Assembly: GCA_944376335.1 (NCBI GenBank)
Contig: CALWCH010000003.1
Location: forward strand, 55,781-119,780
Length of the DNA: 64,000 nucleotides
Origin: an uncultured Clostridia bacterium
Lineage (GTDB): Bacteria; Bacillota; Clostridia; Christensenellales; Borkfalkiaceae
Reading direction: 5' to 3'
A program made the translations under genes and the position numbers. This document shows, piece after piece, positions 37,132-47,293 of this stretch (position 1 is its first letter; every line of letters starts with the position of its first letter). The notes beneath the pieces are model-generated. The model was not told where the DNA came from, made no database searches, and saw nothing but the letters and a program-made list of their open reading frames with translations.

Positions 37132-38351
37132 GTTCTGTAGTCTCCGTTGATCTTTACATAGTCATAGGTGAGGTCGCACCCCCACGCCGTTGCCGAAAAT
37201 TCCCCTCCGTTGAGGTCGACTTCGATGCCGATCTCCTTCTCGGAGAGCACGCGCTTTGCAAAGTCCTCCGAGAAGGGAAGCGCGCTGCCCTCCCGGTAAG
37301 CGGGAAGATAGCCCGCCTCCGAGCGGAATGCAACGTCTATTTTCATGGGGTCGAGGTCTGCGCCCGCATAGCCGAGCGCGCACATCACGCGCCCGCCGTT
37401 GGCGTCCGCGCCGAAGATCATCGCCTTCACAAGGTTGGAGTTGACAACCGCCTTCGCCGCCAGCCTTGCATCCTCTTTCGTCTTTGCGCCCTTCACGCGG
37501 CACTCGATGAGGCGGGTCGCCCCCTCGCCGTCCGCGGCGAGCTTTCGGCACATCTCCGTCGTGAGAGCATGCAGCGCCTCACAAAACGTCCTGTAGTCCT
37601 CATTTTCCGCGTCGATGAGCGCGTTTCCCGCAAGCCCCGAGGCGAGGATGCTCAAGGTATCGTTGGTGGAGGTATCCCTGTCGACGGAGAGCATGTTCAA
37701 AGAATCTTTCACGTCATCCGAGATCGCCTTCTGCAGCATTTGGGGGGTGATCGCGGCGTCCGTTGTAATAAACATCAGCATGGTCGCCATATTGGGGCAG
37801 ATCATGCCCACGCCCTTGCAGATGACGCCCATCCTGACCTCTTTCCCGCCGAGCGTGAAGGAGACCGCCGCCTCCTTCTTCACGGTGTCCGTCGTCATGA
37901 TGGCCTCTGCCGCAGACGAGCTGTGCTTTTCGTCCGACGCAAGCCCCTTTGCAAGCTCTTCCATGCCGCCCGCGATGGGGTCTATTTTCAGCTCCATACC
38001 GATGACGCCCGTGGACGCGACGATAACGTCCTCCTGTTTAATGCCCGTGTACTTTTCGACGAGCGCGCACATCTCCTCTGCGATCTGAACGCCGTTTGCA
38101 TTGCAGGTGTTGGCGTTGCCGCTGTTGACGACAACCGCCTGCGCATAGCCGTCCTTCACATGCTCCTTGGTGACGAGGATGGGCGCACCCTTTACAAGAT
38201 TTTGCGTATAGACGCACGCCGCCGCACAGCGCACGTCGCTTGTGATGAGGGCGAGGTCCTTTTTGACTTTATTTTTGCGGATGCCGCAGTGAACGCCGTT
38301 CGCCGCGAATCCCTTGGGCGCACATACGCCGCCCGCAACAAATTCCAACAT
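37128..38351 (-). CDS. argJ: Bifunctional ornithine acetyltransferase / N-acetylglutamate synthase
   Basis: 407 aa. GFAANGVHCGIRK and the autoprocessing-site region MATMLMFITTDA (ATML motif). Confidence 0.93.
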   Translation of the reverse strand: MLEFVAGGVCAPKGFAANGVHCGIRKNKVKKDLALITSDVRCAAACVYTQNLVKGAPILVTKEHVKDGYAQAVVVNSGNANTCNANGVQIAEEMCALVEKYTGIKQEDVIVASTGVIGMELKIDPIAGGMEELAKGLASDEKHSSSAAEAIMTTDTVKKEAAVSFTLGGKEVRMGVICKGVGMICPNMATMLMFITTDAAITPQMLQKAISDDVKDSLNMLSVDRDTSTNDTLSILASGLAGNALIDAENEDYRTFCEALHALTTEMCRKLAADGEGATRLIECRVKGAKTKEDARLAAKAVVNSNLVKAMIFGADANGGRVMCALGYAGADLDPMKIDVAFRSEAGYLPAYREGSALPFSEDFAKRVLSEKEIGIEVDLNGGEFSATAWGCDLTYDYVKINGDYRT

Positions 38352-38411
38352 GTTATTCTCCGAGGACAGCCGAACAGGGCCATAACGACCCTGAACCTGC
38401 TTATCTTATCT

Positions 38412-38440
38412 ATTTTATCATAAATGCGCTTCCACGTCAA
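38412..38440 (-). promoter_or_regulatory. Possible internal promoter upstream of argJ
   Basis: Minus strand reads TTGACG (38435-38440), 17-nt spacer, TAAAAT (38412-38417), within the 128-nt argC-argJ gap. Confidence 0.4.
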
Positions 38441-38479
38441 GCAGGAACGCGGCTTACTTTCTTGAATGGGGGCGCTTTC

Positions 38480-39399
38480 TCAGAGGGAAAGTCCTTCGTC
38501 AAGCCCCAGCGCAATGTTCATATTCTGCACCGCCGCGCCCGAAGCGCCCTTGCCGAGGTTATCGAGCCGCGCGGAGAGCAGGATCTGCTCGTCGTTGCCG
38601 CTCACGAACACCTGCAAAAGGTTGGTGCCCTCCAGCGTGTTGGCGGCGAGATACCCGCTCTCTTCCCTTTCAACCTTCACGAACTTTGCGCCCGCGTAGT
38701 GCTCCTTGAAAACTTCCTCCAGCTCCCCCACCGAAAGCCGCCTTTTGAGCAGCGAGCGATACAGGGGAACGTGCACGGTCATGCCGCAGGGGAAATCGCA
38801 GATGTACGGGTTGAAGATGGGCGGGTGAGAGAGCGAGCACACCTTCTGCATTTCGGGCAGGTGCTTGTGCTTGAGAGTGAGCGCGTACAAACGGGGCGAA
38901 TCGAGAGAACGGTCTCTGTCAGCCGCTTCGTACTGCGCGATGCCCTTCTTCCCCGCGCCCGTATAGCCGCTGACGGCGTGACAGGTGAAGGGATAGTCCT
39001 TCCCCGCGATTTGGTGCGCGATGAGGGGATAGACGAGGGAGATAAACCCGCTCGCATAGCACCCCGGATTGGCGATGCGCTTGGAAGAGGCAACGGCGGC
39101 CCTATGAGAAGCCGAGAGTTCGGGGAAGCCGTACGCCCAGCCCTCGGCAGTCCGGTGGGCGGTGGAAGCGTCGATGACGACCGCCTTCGCCCCCTCCGCA
39201 AGTTTCACGGCCTCGCGCGCCGCGTCGTCGGGCAGGCACAGAAAGACGGCGTCCGCCGCATGAATGGCTTCTTTACGGGCAGAGGCGTCCTTCCGATGCG
39301 CCTCGTCGAGGGTAATGAGCTCCACGTCGCTGCGCTTTTTCATGCGTTCGACGATCTGCAGCCCCGTCGTGCCCGCGCCGCCGTCGATGAAAACCTTGA

Positions 39400-39403
<4 letters not shown>
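38480..39403 (-). CDS. argC: N-acetyl-gamma-glutamyl-phosphate reductase (short, type 2)
   Basis: 307 aa. [18 protein letters not shown]-terminus and catalytic-Cys motif [13 protein letters not shown] overlap with argG stop. Confidence 0.9.
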
Positions 39404-40629
<1,226 letters not shown>

Positions 40630-40674
40630 GGTATTTACCTCTCTTTTTGTCTTTGCATTTTGATTTTCGTGCAT

Positions 40675-40703
40675 ATTATAAATGCAAAGGGAGCGCAAGT
40701 CAA
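40675..40703 (-). promoter_or_regulatory. Sigma-A-type promoter of the arg super-cluster
   Basis: Minus strand reads TTGACT (40698-40703), exact 17-nt spacer, TATAAT (40675-40680), about 45 nt upstream of the argG ATG. Confidence 0.6.
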
Positions 40704-40770
40704 GCATTTTGCGTCCCCTATCTGCATATTTTTTGTTTATTTTTGATTATTCCTGCATACTTTCTCTTAA

Positions 40771-40798
40771 TATTCGTATATTCATGAATAAATGTATA
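40771..40798 (-). promoter_or_regulatory. ARG-box-like AT-rich element (possible ArgR/AhrC operator)
   Basis: Perfect 12-bp palindrome TATTCATGAATA (40779-40790) flanked by further TATTC/ATTCA/TGAAT half-site-like words. Match to the TNTGAATWWWWATTCANW consensus is only partial. Confidence 0.25.
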
Positions 40799-41290
40799 TT
40801 ATTCGGCCTGTTCGGGGCGATGGGCGCAGAAGCGGGAGATGTCCTCCGCCGTAAACTGCGCATCCGAGAACGCGGAGAAGGGCGCATGCTTAAAGAAGAC
40901 AAAGCTGTCGCGGGAGTCCTGCGTCTCGAACACGGCGACAAAGCGGTTCTTATGCTCCTTGAGCTGTACGCAGCCCATGTGCACGTCGTAGGTGTATGTT
41001 TTGCGCGCGGTATGCAGGTGCACGACCTCGTTCGTCGTCTCCACCCCTAAAACGGTGCCGAGCGTCACGCGCATCGTATAGTACCCATAGACGATAAAGT
41101 AGAGCACGAGCGCGACGGCAGCCGCCGAAAAGAGGATGGGCTTGCCGATGTCGGTGCCGTTGAAGGCAAATACGAGCAGCGTCATAAAGACGGGCAGCAT
41201 GACGACGCTGAATACGACAAAGAGCTTCTTCATGAGGCGGACGTACTTCACCGAGCCGTCCTTGTAGTAGTAAGGCACTTGTTTTTTCAT
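40799..41290 (-). CDS. Small membrane protein (two TM helices plus soluble beta-rich C-domain), unknown function
   Basis: 163 aa. TM segments LFVVFSVVMLPVFMTLLVFAF and ILFSAAAVALVLYFIVYGYY. Same architecture as the 28407-29012 product. Confidence 0.6.
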   Translation of the reverse strand: MKKQVPYYYKDGSVKYVRLMKKLFVVFSVVMLPVFMTLLVFAFNGTDIGKPILFSAAAVALVLYFIVYGYYTMRVTLGTVLGVETTNEVVHLHTARKTYTYDVHMGCVQLKEHKNRFVAVFETQDSRDSFVFFKHAPFSAFSDAQFTAEDISRFCAHRPEQAE

Positions 41291-41311
41291 GATTCCCCCC
41301 TTTCACGCCCC

Positions 41312-42058
41312 TCAATTGCGCTTTTCCGCGAAGGTAAAGCACGCCTCGGTGAGCGTCTCTTCGCCCATCTTCACGGCGGCAAGCAGCCCCTTTTCGCTCT
41401 CTTCCGCAAGGAGCGTAAGCTCGCTCCCCTCCTTCGCCTGTTTGGAATAGGAGATGTGGAAGCTCTTCAACGTTCTGCCTTTGAGCGCGTCCATCGAGAG
41501 GCAGTCCATAAAGAGGTCGGAATAGCGCGTGTTGTTGAGGTGCAGGTAGTGATCGCACAAGCTCTGCCGCACCGTCGTGCGGTAGACTTCCTTCCCCTCC
41601 CCCATGCGCTTTACCTTCCAGTTTGGAACGGTGATGCTCTTCTCGGGGTTATAGGGGCACTTTGCGTTGGCTTCGCCCAAAGCGTCCGCCGAAAGAAGGG
41701 AAAAACTCGCAAGGTCGACGAGGCACCAGCGGGACGCCGCCGCCGCAACGGGCTGCTCGTCCTCCCCCAAAACGCGGTAGTCTCTTTCAAAAAAGACATG
41801 GCGGGGCGGCAAGGGCCAGGTCTCTACGCAAAGCGTCTCCCCAAACATCGGCTGCCTGTAAATTTCGCCGTAGGTATTCACGACGAGAAACCCGAAGTTC
41901 TTGGGTTTTAAGTCATAATAGCCGAAGCCGAGCTCGTCCGCACTCCCCGTAGCGGCCTCCTGGATGATGCCTAAAAGGGAAGTGAGCGAGAGCTCGTCCT
42001 TAAAATCAAAGTCGGTATAGCGCAGCGGGAAGCGCTTTGTAAAGCAATAGCCCCTCAT
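41312..42058 (-). CDS. Acyl-ACP thioesterase
   Basis: 248 aa. Double hotdog pattern: RYTDFDFKDELSLTSLLGIIQEAA...GFLVVNTYGEIYR and CDHYLHLNNTRYSDLFMDC. Confidence 0.85.
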   Translation of the reverse strand: MRGYCFTKRFPLRYTDFDFKDELSLTSLLGIIQEAATGSADELGFGYYDLKPKNFGFLVVNTYGEIYRQPMFGETLCVETWPLPPRHVFFERDYRVLGEDEQPVAAAASRWCLVDLASFSLLSADALGEANAKCPYNPEKSITVPNWKVKRMGEGKEVYRTTVRQSLCDHYLHLNNTRYSDLFMDCLSMDALKGRTLKSFHISYSKQAKEGSELTLLAEESEKGLLAAVKMGEETLTEACFTFAEKRN

Positions 42059-42148
42059 GCTTTCATTATATCATGCAGAGCGGGAGAAGTCAAAGATTTA
42101 CACCGCCCGCGAGCACATTTCACCCATATTTCCGACGAACATTGCCCC

Positions 42149-42838
42149 TTAAGCCGCCGCCGAGAGATAGGTGAGCGCGCCCTCCAATATAGCCGAGGCG
42201 AGCTTTTCGCGGTAGCTCTCCGAAAGGAGCAGCTTCTCGTCCTCCGCATTGGACAAAAACCCGCACTCCACGATGGCGGAGGGCGCGTCGCAGCACTTTA
42301 AGATGAAGTAATCGCCCGCGACGGGGCTCGTCTTCTTGACGCACTCCTCCATGCCGTTGAGCGCCGACTGCAGGGCGAGCGCGAGCGCCTTGGACGAGGG
42401 AAGATCGAGCCTGTAGAACGCCTGCGCCCCGCGCCTTACAGGGTCGGAAAAGCTGTTCTGATGAATGGAGAGCACGAGCGCGGGCGAAGCCTCTTGGATG
42501 ATCTGCGCGCGCGCAGCCATATCCCGCCGCTTGTGCCCCGGAGCCGTGGTGCCATATAGGCCCGCCTCGCTCCTTCTTGTTAAGACGGCCTCATACCCCG
42601 CCGCCTCGAACTTCTCCTGCAAGATGCGCACGATGGCAAGGTTGAGATCGCTCTCCTTGACGCCCGTCGCGCCCGAGACGCCGCCGTCGATGCCCCCGTG
42701 CCCCGCGTCCAGCACGACGACGGGCATGCTCGCCCCCGATGCCGTGCGGCTGAGCGCAAAGAAGCAGGTGCCGAAGGCGAACAGCACCAAAAGGAGCACG
42801 GCGGCGACCGATACAATTCTTTTGCGGGAAACGTTCAT
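42149..42838 (-). CDS. cwlD: N-acetylmuramoyl-L-alanine amidase, CwlD-like (spore cortex)
   Basis: Trimmed to ATG at 42836-42838, 229 aa. Signal-anchor MNVSRKRIVSVAAVLLLVLFAF. VVVLDAGHGGIDGGVSG, KESDLNLAI and LVLSIHQNSF motifs of Amidase_3/CwlD. Confidence 0.8.
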   Translation of the reverse strand: MNVSRKRIVSVAAVLLLVLFAFGTCFFALSRTASGASMPVVVLDAGHGGIDGGVSGATGVKESDLNLAIVRILQEKFEAAGYEAVLTRRSEAGLYGTTAPGHKRRDMAARAQIIQEASPALVLSIHQNSFSDPVRRGAQAFYRLDLPSSKALALALQSALNGMEECVKKTSPVAGDYFILKCCDAPSAIVECGFLSNAEDEKLLLSESYREKLASAILEGALTYLSAAA

Positions 42839-42921
42839 ACCGCTATTGTATGGAGGGGCGGGCAAAGATATGCACTCTAAAAGACGGGCGCGCCCCGCCG
42901 CGAACAGTCCGAAAGACGGGC

Positions 42922-42988
42922 GCGCCCCGCCGCGGCAAGAGCCGCGGCGGGGCGCCAAAATATCGCCCGCGGCGACAAGCCGCGGGCG
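42922..42988 (-). terminator. Tandem GC-rich hairpins downstream of the ABC exporter operon
   Basis: 10-bp stem cgcccgcggc/gccgcgggcg (42964-42988) is followed on the minus strand by ATATTTTGG. A second perfect 15-bp stem gcgccccgccgcggc/gccgcggcggggcgc lies at 42922-42955. Confidence 0.6.
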
Positions 42989-43001
42989 CTCCAAAAAAAG
43001 T

Positions 43002-45014
43002 TTATTCGTTTGCCTTCAAGCTCTCGTTCATGTCGATGCCGACGATCTTGCGCCGCAGGATGAGCGTGACGAGCGCGGTAAACAGCAGCACGACGACGGC
43101 GGCGATCGGCCAGACGAACCACGACACGCCCGAAAGCGAGCCGATGTTGATGACCTTAAACAAAAGCCAGATGAGGAACACCCCCACGGGGAAGCCGAAG
43201 ATGATGCCGACGATGGTATTGATATACACCTCGCGGTAGATGTACCCCGCGACTTCGCCGTCGTAATACCCCAAAACCATCAGCGTTGCGATCTCGCGGT
43301 TTCGCTCACTGATGTTGATGTTGGTGAGCGTGTAGATGACGACCATCGTCAAAAGCCCTGCAAAGATGACGATGACCGTCGCAAGGCCGATGAGCGCCGC
43401 CGAGCCGAAGTCATGAAAGAGGCACATATCGAGTAGCGCCAGCCCCGCGAGCGCAATGCCCATCGAGCACGCCACCGAGATGACCGTCATCGAGAAGCGG
43501 TAGTGATAGCGCAGCACATTGCGCATCGTCGACTTATACTTGAAGGAGAGGCGGTTCCAGATGAGGGGAATACGCTCCAAAAATACCTTCCTGCCCGCCT
43601 TGGGCGGCTTGGAACGAAGAAGATCGGCAGGCTTCTCGTGCACCATCTTGCCCCCCGCGATGAGCGTTGCCGCGAACGTCGCTATGACGATGCAGCAGAA
43701 AGTAATGAGGAAGTAGAGCGACGTCGCCACATCCGTCATGGGCATCATCACAAAATTATAATTAAAGACATAGTAGATGAAGCTCGTCAGCCCCAGCCCC
43801 ACGAAGTACGCGCCCACGCCGCCGATGCCCGTGCCGATGGCGGCAAAGAGCAGGTATTTGAACACGATGCGGAAGCCCGAATAGCCGAGCGTTCTGAGGC
43901 ACGCGATCTGCGGGCGTTCCTCTTCCATGAGGCGGGTCATGTTGGAGAGCACGACGAGCGCCGTCACGAAGATGAACGCGACCATCAAAATGACGCCGAT
44001 GGCAATGACCTTCCCCGCATAGGAATTTAAGGAATTTAAGGAGAAATTATCGTTTAAGGTGATAAATTCGATGTCCTCGCCGAGAAGCGCTTTGAGCGCC
44101 GCCTCTTCCTCGAGGACGTACTCGTCATATTCCTCCGAATAGGGCACGCGCGCGTCCTTCTCCGCAAAGGAGACATAGAGATCCCCTCTCGGCAGGATGG
44201 TCTCGTCGGCTTCCAGCCCGCCCATCGAGAGCATCATATCGATGACGTAGTCTTCAAGCCCCGCCCCCTCCAGCATGCCGCCGTAGGTGGGCACGAGCTC
44301 CCACGAAAAGTAATAGATGCCGCTCACGGTGTTGAGCTCGGCAAGCGCGTTGGCAACGTCGGGGATGACGGTGCCCTCCTCCTGAATGTAGCTCGGCTCG
44401 CCCTCCACGGTAAACGCGATGGGGCTTCTCACCGTTCCCGCCGCCGTCACGGTGACGGGCTCGGCGTAGGAAAGGAAGGTCTCCGCCGTCTCGGGCAGTT
44501 CCTCGCCCCCCTGCTCGGCAAGCTGGCGCAGAATGTCCGCAAAGTCGACGGTCACTTCCCCGCCCAAGGGCACGGACAAAACTTCCTTGCTCGACTTGAT
44601 GTGCGCCGAAATAAACTCACTCTCTGGGTCAACTTCTAAAAAGCTCTCCCCTTCCAAAGTGTCGGGCACGTTGACCGTCCAATGGTCAAAGTCCAGAAAA
44701 TAGAGGCGCACCGCCTCTCCGCCCTCTTCGAGGGTGACGTCCACGGACATCCCCGCATTCACGTTTTCCTCCCCGTAGCGCTCCCGAACGAGGGCAAGCT
44801 GTTCATCGGTAAATCCGTCGCCCGTGCTCTTTACGATGAGATCTGCAATGTTGTTGTCGCGGTAGCTCTCCACGATGGAGCGCTCGATGACCTCGCCCGA
44901 AGAGCCGACGCCCGAGATGAGCCCCACGCTCACCACCACGATGAAGATGATGGAGAGAAAGCGCATGATGTGCTTTTGGAACATCCGCGCCAATGTTTTG
45001 AGATAGGTCTTCAT
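43002..45014 (-). CDS. ABC transporter permease, FtsX/MacB family (duplicated FtsX domains)
   Basis: Trimmed to ATG at 45012-45014, 670 aa. N-terminal TM, large extracytoplasmic domain, then two blocks of FtsX-like TM helices. Directly downstream of the cognate ATPase. Confidence 0.85.
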   Translation of the reverse strand: MKTYLKTLARMFQKHIMRFLSIIFIVVVSVGLISGVGSSGEVIERSIVESYRDNNIADLIVKSTGDGFTDEQLALVRERYGEENVNAGMSVDVTLEEGGEAVRLYFLDFDHWTVNVPDTLEGESFLEVDPESEFISAHIKSSKEVLSVPLGGEVTVDFADILRQLAEQGGEELPETAETFLSYAEPVTVTAAGTVRSPIAFTVEGEPSYIQEEGTVIPDVANALAELNTVSGIYYFSWELVPTYGGMLEGAGLEDYVIDMMLSMGGLEADETILPRGDLYVSFAEKDARVPYSEEYDEYVLEEEAALKALLGEDIEFITLNDNFSLNSLNSYAGKVIAIGVILMVAFIFVTALVVLSNMTRLMEEERPQIACLRTLGYSGFRIVFKYLLFAAIGTGIGGVGAYFVGLGLTSFIYYVFNYNFVMMPMTDVATSLYFLITFCCIVIATFAATLIAGGKMVHEKPADLLRSKPPKAGRKVFLERIPLIWNRLSFKYKSTMRNVLRYHYRFSMTVISVACSMGIALAGLALLDMCLFHDFGSAALIGLATVIVIFAGLLTMVVIYTLTNINISERNREIATLMVLGYYDGEVAGYIYREVYINTIVGIIFGFPVGVFLIWLLFKVINIGSLSGVSWFVWPIAAVVVLLFTALVTLILRRKIVGIDMNESLKANE

Positions 45015-45015
45015 A

Positions 45016-45717
45016 TTACCACTCGATCTCCTCGATGGGCATGGGATGTTCGTTCTTGACGATATTCTCGATGTGTCCGCTCTTGATATAGATGACGCGG
45101 TCTGCCATATCCTTGAGCGCCGCATTGTGCGTGACGGCGACGACGAGCTTATTGCGCTCGCGTGCAACGTCGTATAAGACCTTCAAAATGCGCTTGCCCG
45201 TCACATAGTCGAGCGCACCCGTCGGCTCGTCGCAAAGCAAAAGCCTCGGGTTCTTTGCAATGGCGCGGGCGATGGAGACGCGCTGCTGCTCGCCGCCCGA
45301 AAGCTGCGCGGGGAAGTTGTTCATGCGCTCCTCGAGCCCCACTTCCTTGAGCATCTCGGCGGGGTCCAGATGGTCCTTGCAGATCTCCACGGCGATCTCC
45401 ACGTTCTCGAGCGCCGTCAAATTGGGCATCAGGTTATAGAACTGAAAGACGAACCCCACGTCCTCGCGGCGGTAGCGGCAGAGCCCCTTTTTGTCGAGCC
45501 CCGTCACTTCCCTGTCTCCCAACACGATCTTGCCCTCCGTGGCGCTGTCCATGCCGCCGAGAAGGTTCAAAAGCGTCGTCTTGCCTGCGCCCGAGCTCCC
45601 TAAGACGACGACAAACTCGCCGTCCTCCAAAGAAAAAGAGACGTCCTTGAGTGCCTGGACGTCTACCGAACCCGAGTGATAGGTCTTTCCGACGCCCTCC
45701 AGCGTAAGAAAACTCAT
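45016..45717 (-). CDS. ABC transporter ATP-binding protein (MacB/LolD-like)
   Basis: Trimmed to ATG at 45715-45717 (GGAGGT RBS), 233 aa. Walker [10 protein letters not shown], signature LSGGEQQR, Walker [13 protein letters not shown]. Confidence 0.93.
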   Translation of the reverse strand: MSFLTLEGVGKTYHSGSVDVQALKDVSFSLEDGEFVVVLGSSGAGKTTLLNLLGGMDSATEGKIVLGDREVTGLDKKGLCRYRREDVGFVFQFYNLMPNLTALENVEIAVEICKDHLDPAEMLKEVGLEERMNNFPAQLSGGEQQRVSIARAIAKNPRLLLCDEPTGALDYVTGKRILKVLYDVARERNKLVVAVTHNAALKDMADRVIYIKSGHIENIVKNEHPMPIEEIEW

Positions 45718-45864
45718 CGATGTTACCTCCTGCGGTCTCCCGCTTGTGTCTGCGGCCGCATGCCGCATCGGGCAGCCCCGCCGCCCGCTCACACTTATCT
45801 TTACAGTCTCTATCTATAATTTAGCAAGAACAGTTAAACACTTTATTATATGTAAGTGAAAATA

Positions 45865-45899
45865 TTGTGAAAATCCCCGCGGAACGTATCCGCGGGGAT
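45865..45899 (-). terminator. Probable rho-independent terminator after the DUF1858-like gene
   Basis: 11-bp stem atccccgcgga/tccgcggggat (45873-45899), followed on the minus strand by TTTCACAATATT. Confidence 0.55.
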
Positions 45900-45920
45900 C
45901 CCCACTTCCAAAAGGAAGAT

Positions 45921-46118
45921 TCAGTTGATGCCTTCGTTGAGCTTTTGAAGAAGGGCGTCGAGGTCCTCGCCGTGAACGGCGACCGCCTGAGCGACGGTCT
46001 CCCCATGCGCGAGCGCACAGCCGAAGCAGTGCATGCCCGCCGAGAGAAGGATCTCGGGCGCGTCGGGGTTGAGTTCCAGCACTTCGGAAATAAGCGTATC
46101 CGCCGTGATCTTTGCCAT
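45921..46118 (-). CDS. DUF1858-like small protein (hybrid-cluster-protein-associated redox disulfide domain)
   Basis: Trimmed to ATG at 46116-46118, 65 aa. MAKITADTLISEVLELNPDAPEILLSAGMHCFGCALAHGETV matches my recollection of the DUF1858 CxxC domain. Confidence 0.65.
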   Translation of the reverse strand: MAKITADTLISEVLELNPDAPEILLSAGMHCFGCALAHGETVAQAVAVHGEDLDALLQKLNEGIN

Positions 46119-46193
46119 GACAATACTCCTTTTGTTCTCTATATGCGTATTATACCACAAATCGGGCAAAGTTACAACTCATTTTGCATATTT

Positions 46194-46652
46194 TTATCCG
46201 AGCCCCAAAAGCCAATAGACGAGCCCGACCGCCGCCCCCGCCGTCACGCCGAATACGAGGATGGGCCCCGCGACCAAAAACATCTTCGCCGCCATGCCGT
46301 AGACATAGCCCTCCGTCTTAAATTCGATGGCGGGCGAGGCAACCGAATTTGCAAACCCCGTGATGGGCACGATGCTCCCCGCACCCGCCTGCTTGCCGAT
46401 GCGGTCATACACCCCGAGGCCCGTTAAAAGCGTTCCCAAAAAGATGAGAATGACGGAGACCGTGCCCGCAAGTTCCTCCCCCGAAAGCCCTGCGAACTCC
46501 AACAAAAAGCGGAAGAACTGCCCGATGCAGCAGATGAGCCCGCCGACGAGAAAGGCCCTCCCGCACGTTGCAAAGTGCTTGGTGGGCGGCGAGAGCGAAC
46601 GGACGTACTTCAAATAATTTTGATTACGCCTTGCAAGCTCGCCCTTTGTCAT
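46194..46652 (-). CDS. spoVAC: Stage V sporulation protein AC
   Basis: 152 aa, four TM segments. GRAFLVGGLICCIGQ, GAGSIVPITGFANS and VFGVTAGAAVG are typical SpoVAC strings. GGGGGAGAG RBS. Confidence 0.88.
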   Translation of the reverse strand: MTKGELARRNQNYLKYVRSLSPPTKHFATCGRAFLVGGLICCIGQFFRFLLEFAGLSGEELAGTVSVILIFLGTLLTGLGVYDRIGKQAGAGSIVPITGFANSVASPAIEFKTEGYVYGMAAKMFLVAGPILVFGVTAGAAVGLVYWLLGLG

Positions 46653-46804
46653 CTCTCCCCCTTCGCGGGAACGTTCCCTCGCACGTCCTCCCGCCCGAAC
46701 GCGGGAATACAGCTCTCCCGCTCCTCCTTCGTCTTGCCGGGAAATTGCTCTCTTCTTCTCATGCCCCTAATTTGGGGCATTTTCCGCCCGTTTATACCAC
46801 CCCA

Positions 46805-47293
46805 TCACACGTACGAGGCTAAAAGGTCGTAGAGCGTTGCATAGTACTCGCCGAGATAGGTGCGCGCGAGGGAGTCCATTGCATACGCCTGAAGCCGCTC
46901 GCCAGCCGACGGCATCTTCATGTAGTAGGCGCGCACGACGATAAAGCGCTGCGAATAGGATAGGTCGTAATTGGGGTTCGCGGGGTAGCTGTAGGGCCCC
47001 TGCTCGTTGCCCTCGCCCGCATCCAAGTCGTAGGCGATCTGATAGAGCAAATCTTCCTTGACGACGGCGATCTTTCCCTCCGCCTCGTCGTCGATGGCGT
47101 CCGAACGCTCCTCAAAGTACGTCGAGCGCACCGTGCCGTTTGTCAGAAGCTCCTTGAAGATCTCCCCCTTCTCCCGCTCCGCTTCGGCAAGAATTTCGTT
47201 CTTCTCCGCCTGCGCCGCGCGCACCATCGCCATCTGCGCGGCGTTGAGATCGGAAAACTCCTCGTCCGAAAGGTCGATGATATCGATGATCAT
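46805..47293 (-). CDS. Phage-cluster protein, acidic with N-terminal helical/coiled-coil region; unknown
   Basis: 162 aa. MIIDIIDLSDEEFSDLNAAQMAMVRAAQAEKNEILAEAEREKGEIFKELL. ATGA overlap with the upstream gene. Last gene of the cluster. Confidence 0.6.
   Translation of the reverse strand: MIIDIIDLSDEEFSDLNAAQMAMVRAAQAEKNEILAEAEREKGEIFKELLTNGTVRSTYFEERSDAIDDEAEGKIAVVKEDLLYQIAYDLDAGEGNEQGPYSYPANPNYDLSYSQRFIVVRAYYMKMPSAGERLQAYAMDSLARTYLGEYYATLYDLLASYV

Noticed and set aside
43002-45717. MacB/FtsX-type ABC pair as a bacteriocin or antimicrobial-peptide immunity/export system.
   Set aside because: There is no adjacent peptide precursor, two-component system (BceRS-type) or membrane-fusion protein gene in view. 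It is annotated only generically.
46761-46785. Hairpin atgcccc-taattt-ggggcat followed by TTTCC, resembling a plus-strand terminator between the phage-like cluster and spoVAC.
   Set aside because: No plus-strand gene ends nearby. On the minus strand it lacks a U-tract. The stem is only 7 bp. Function is undetermined, so it is not reported as a feature.
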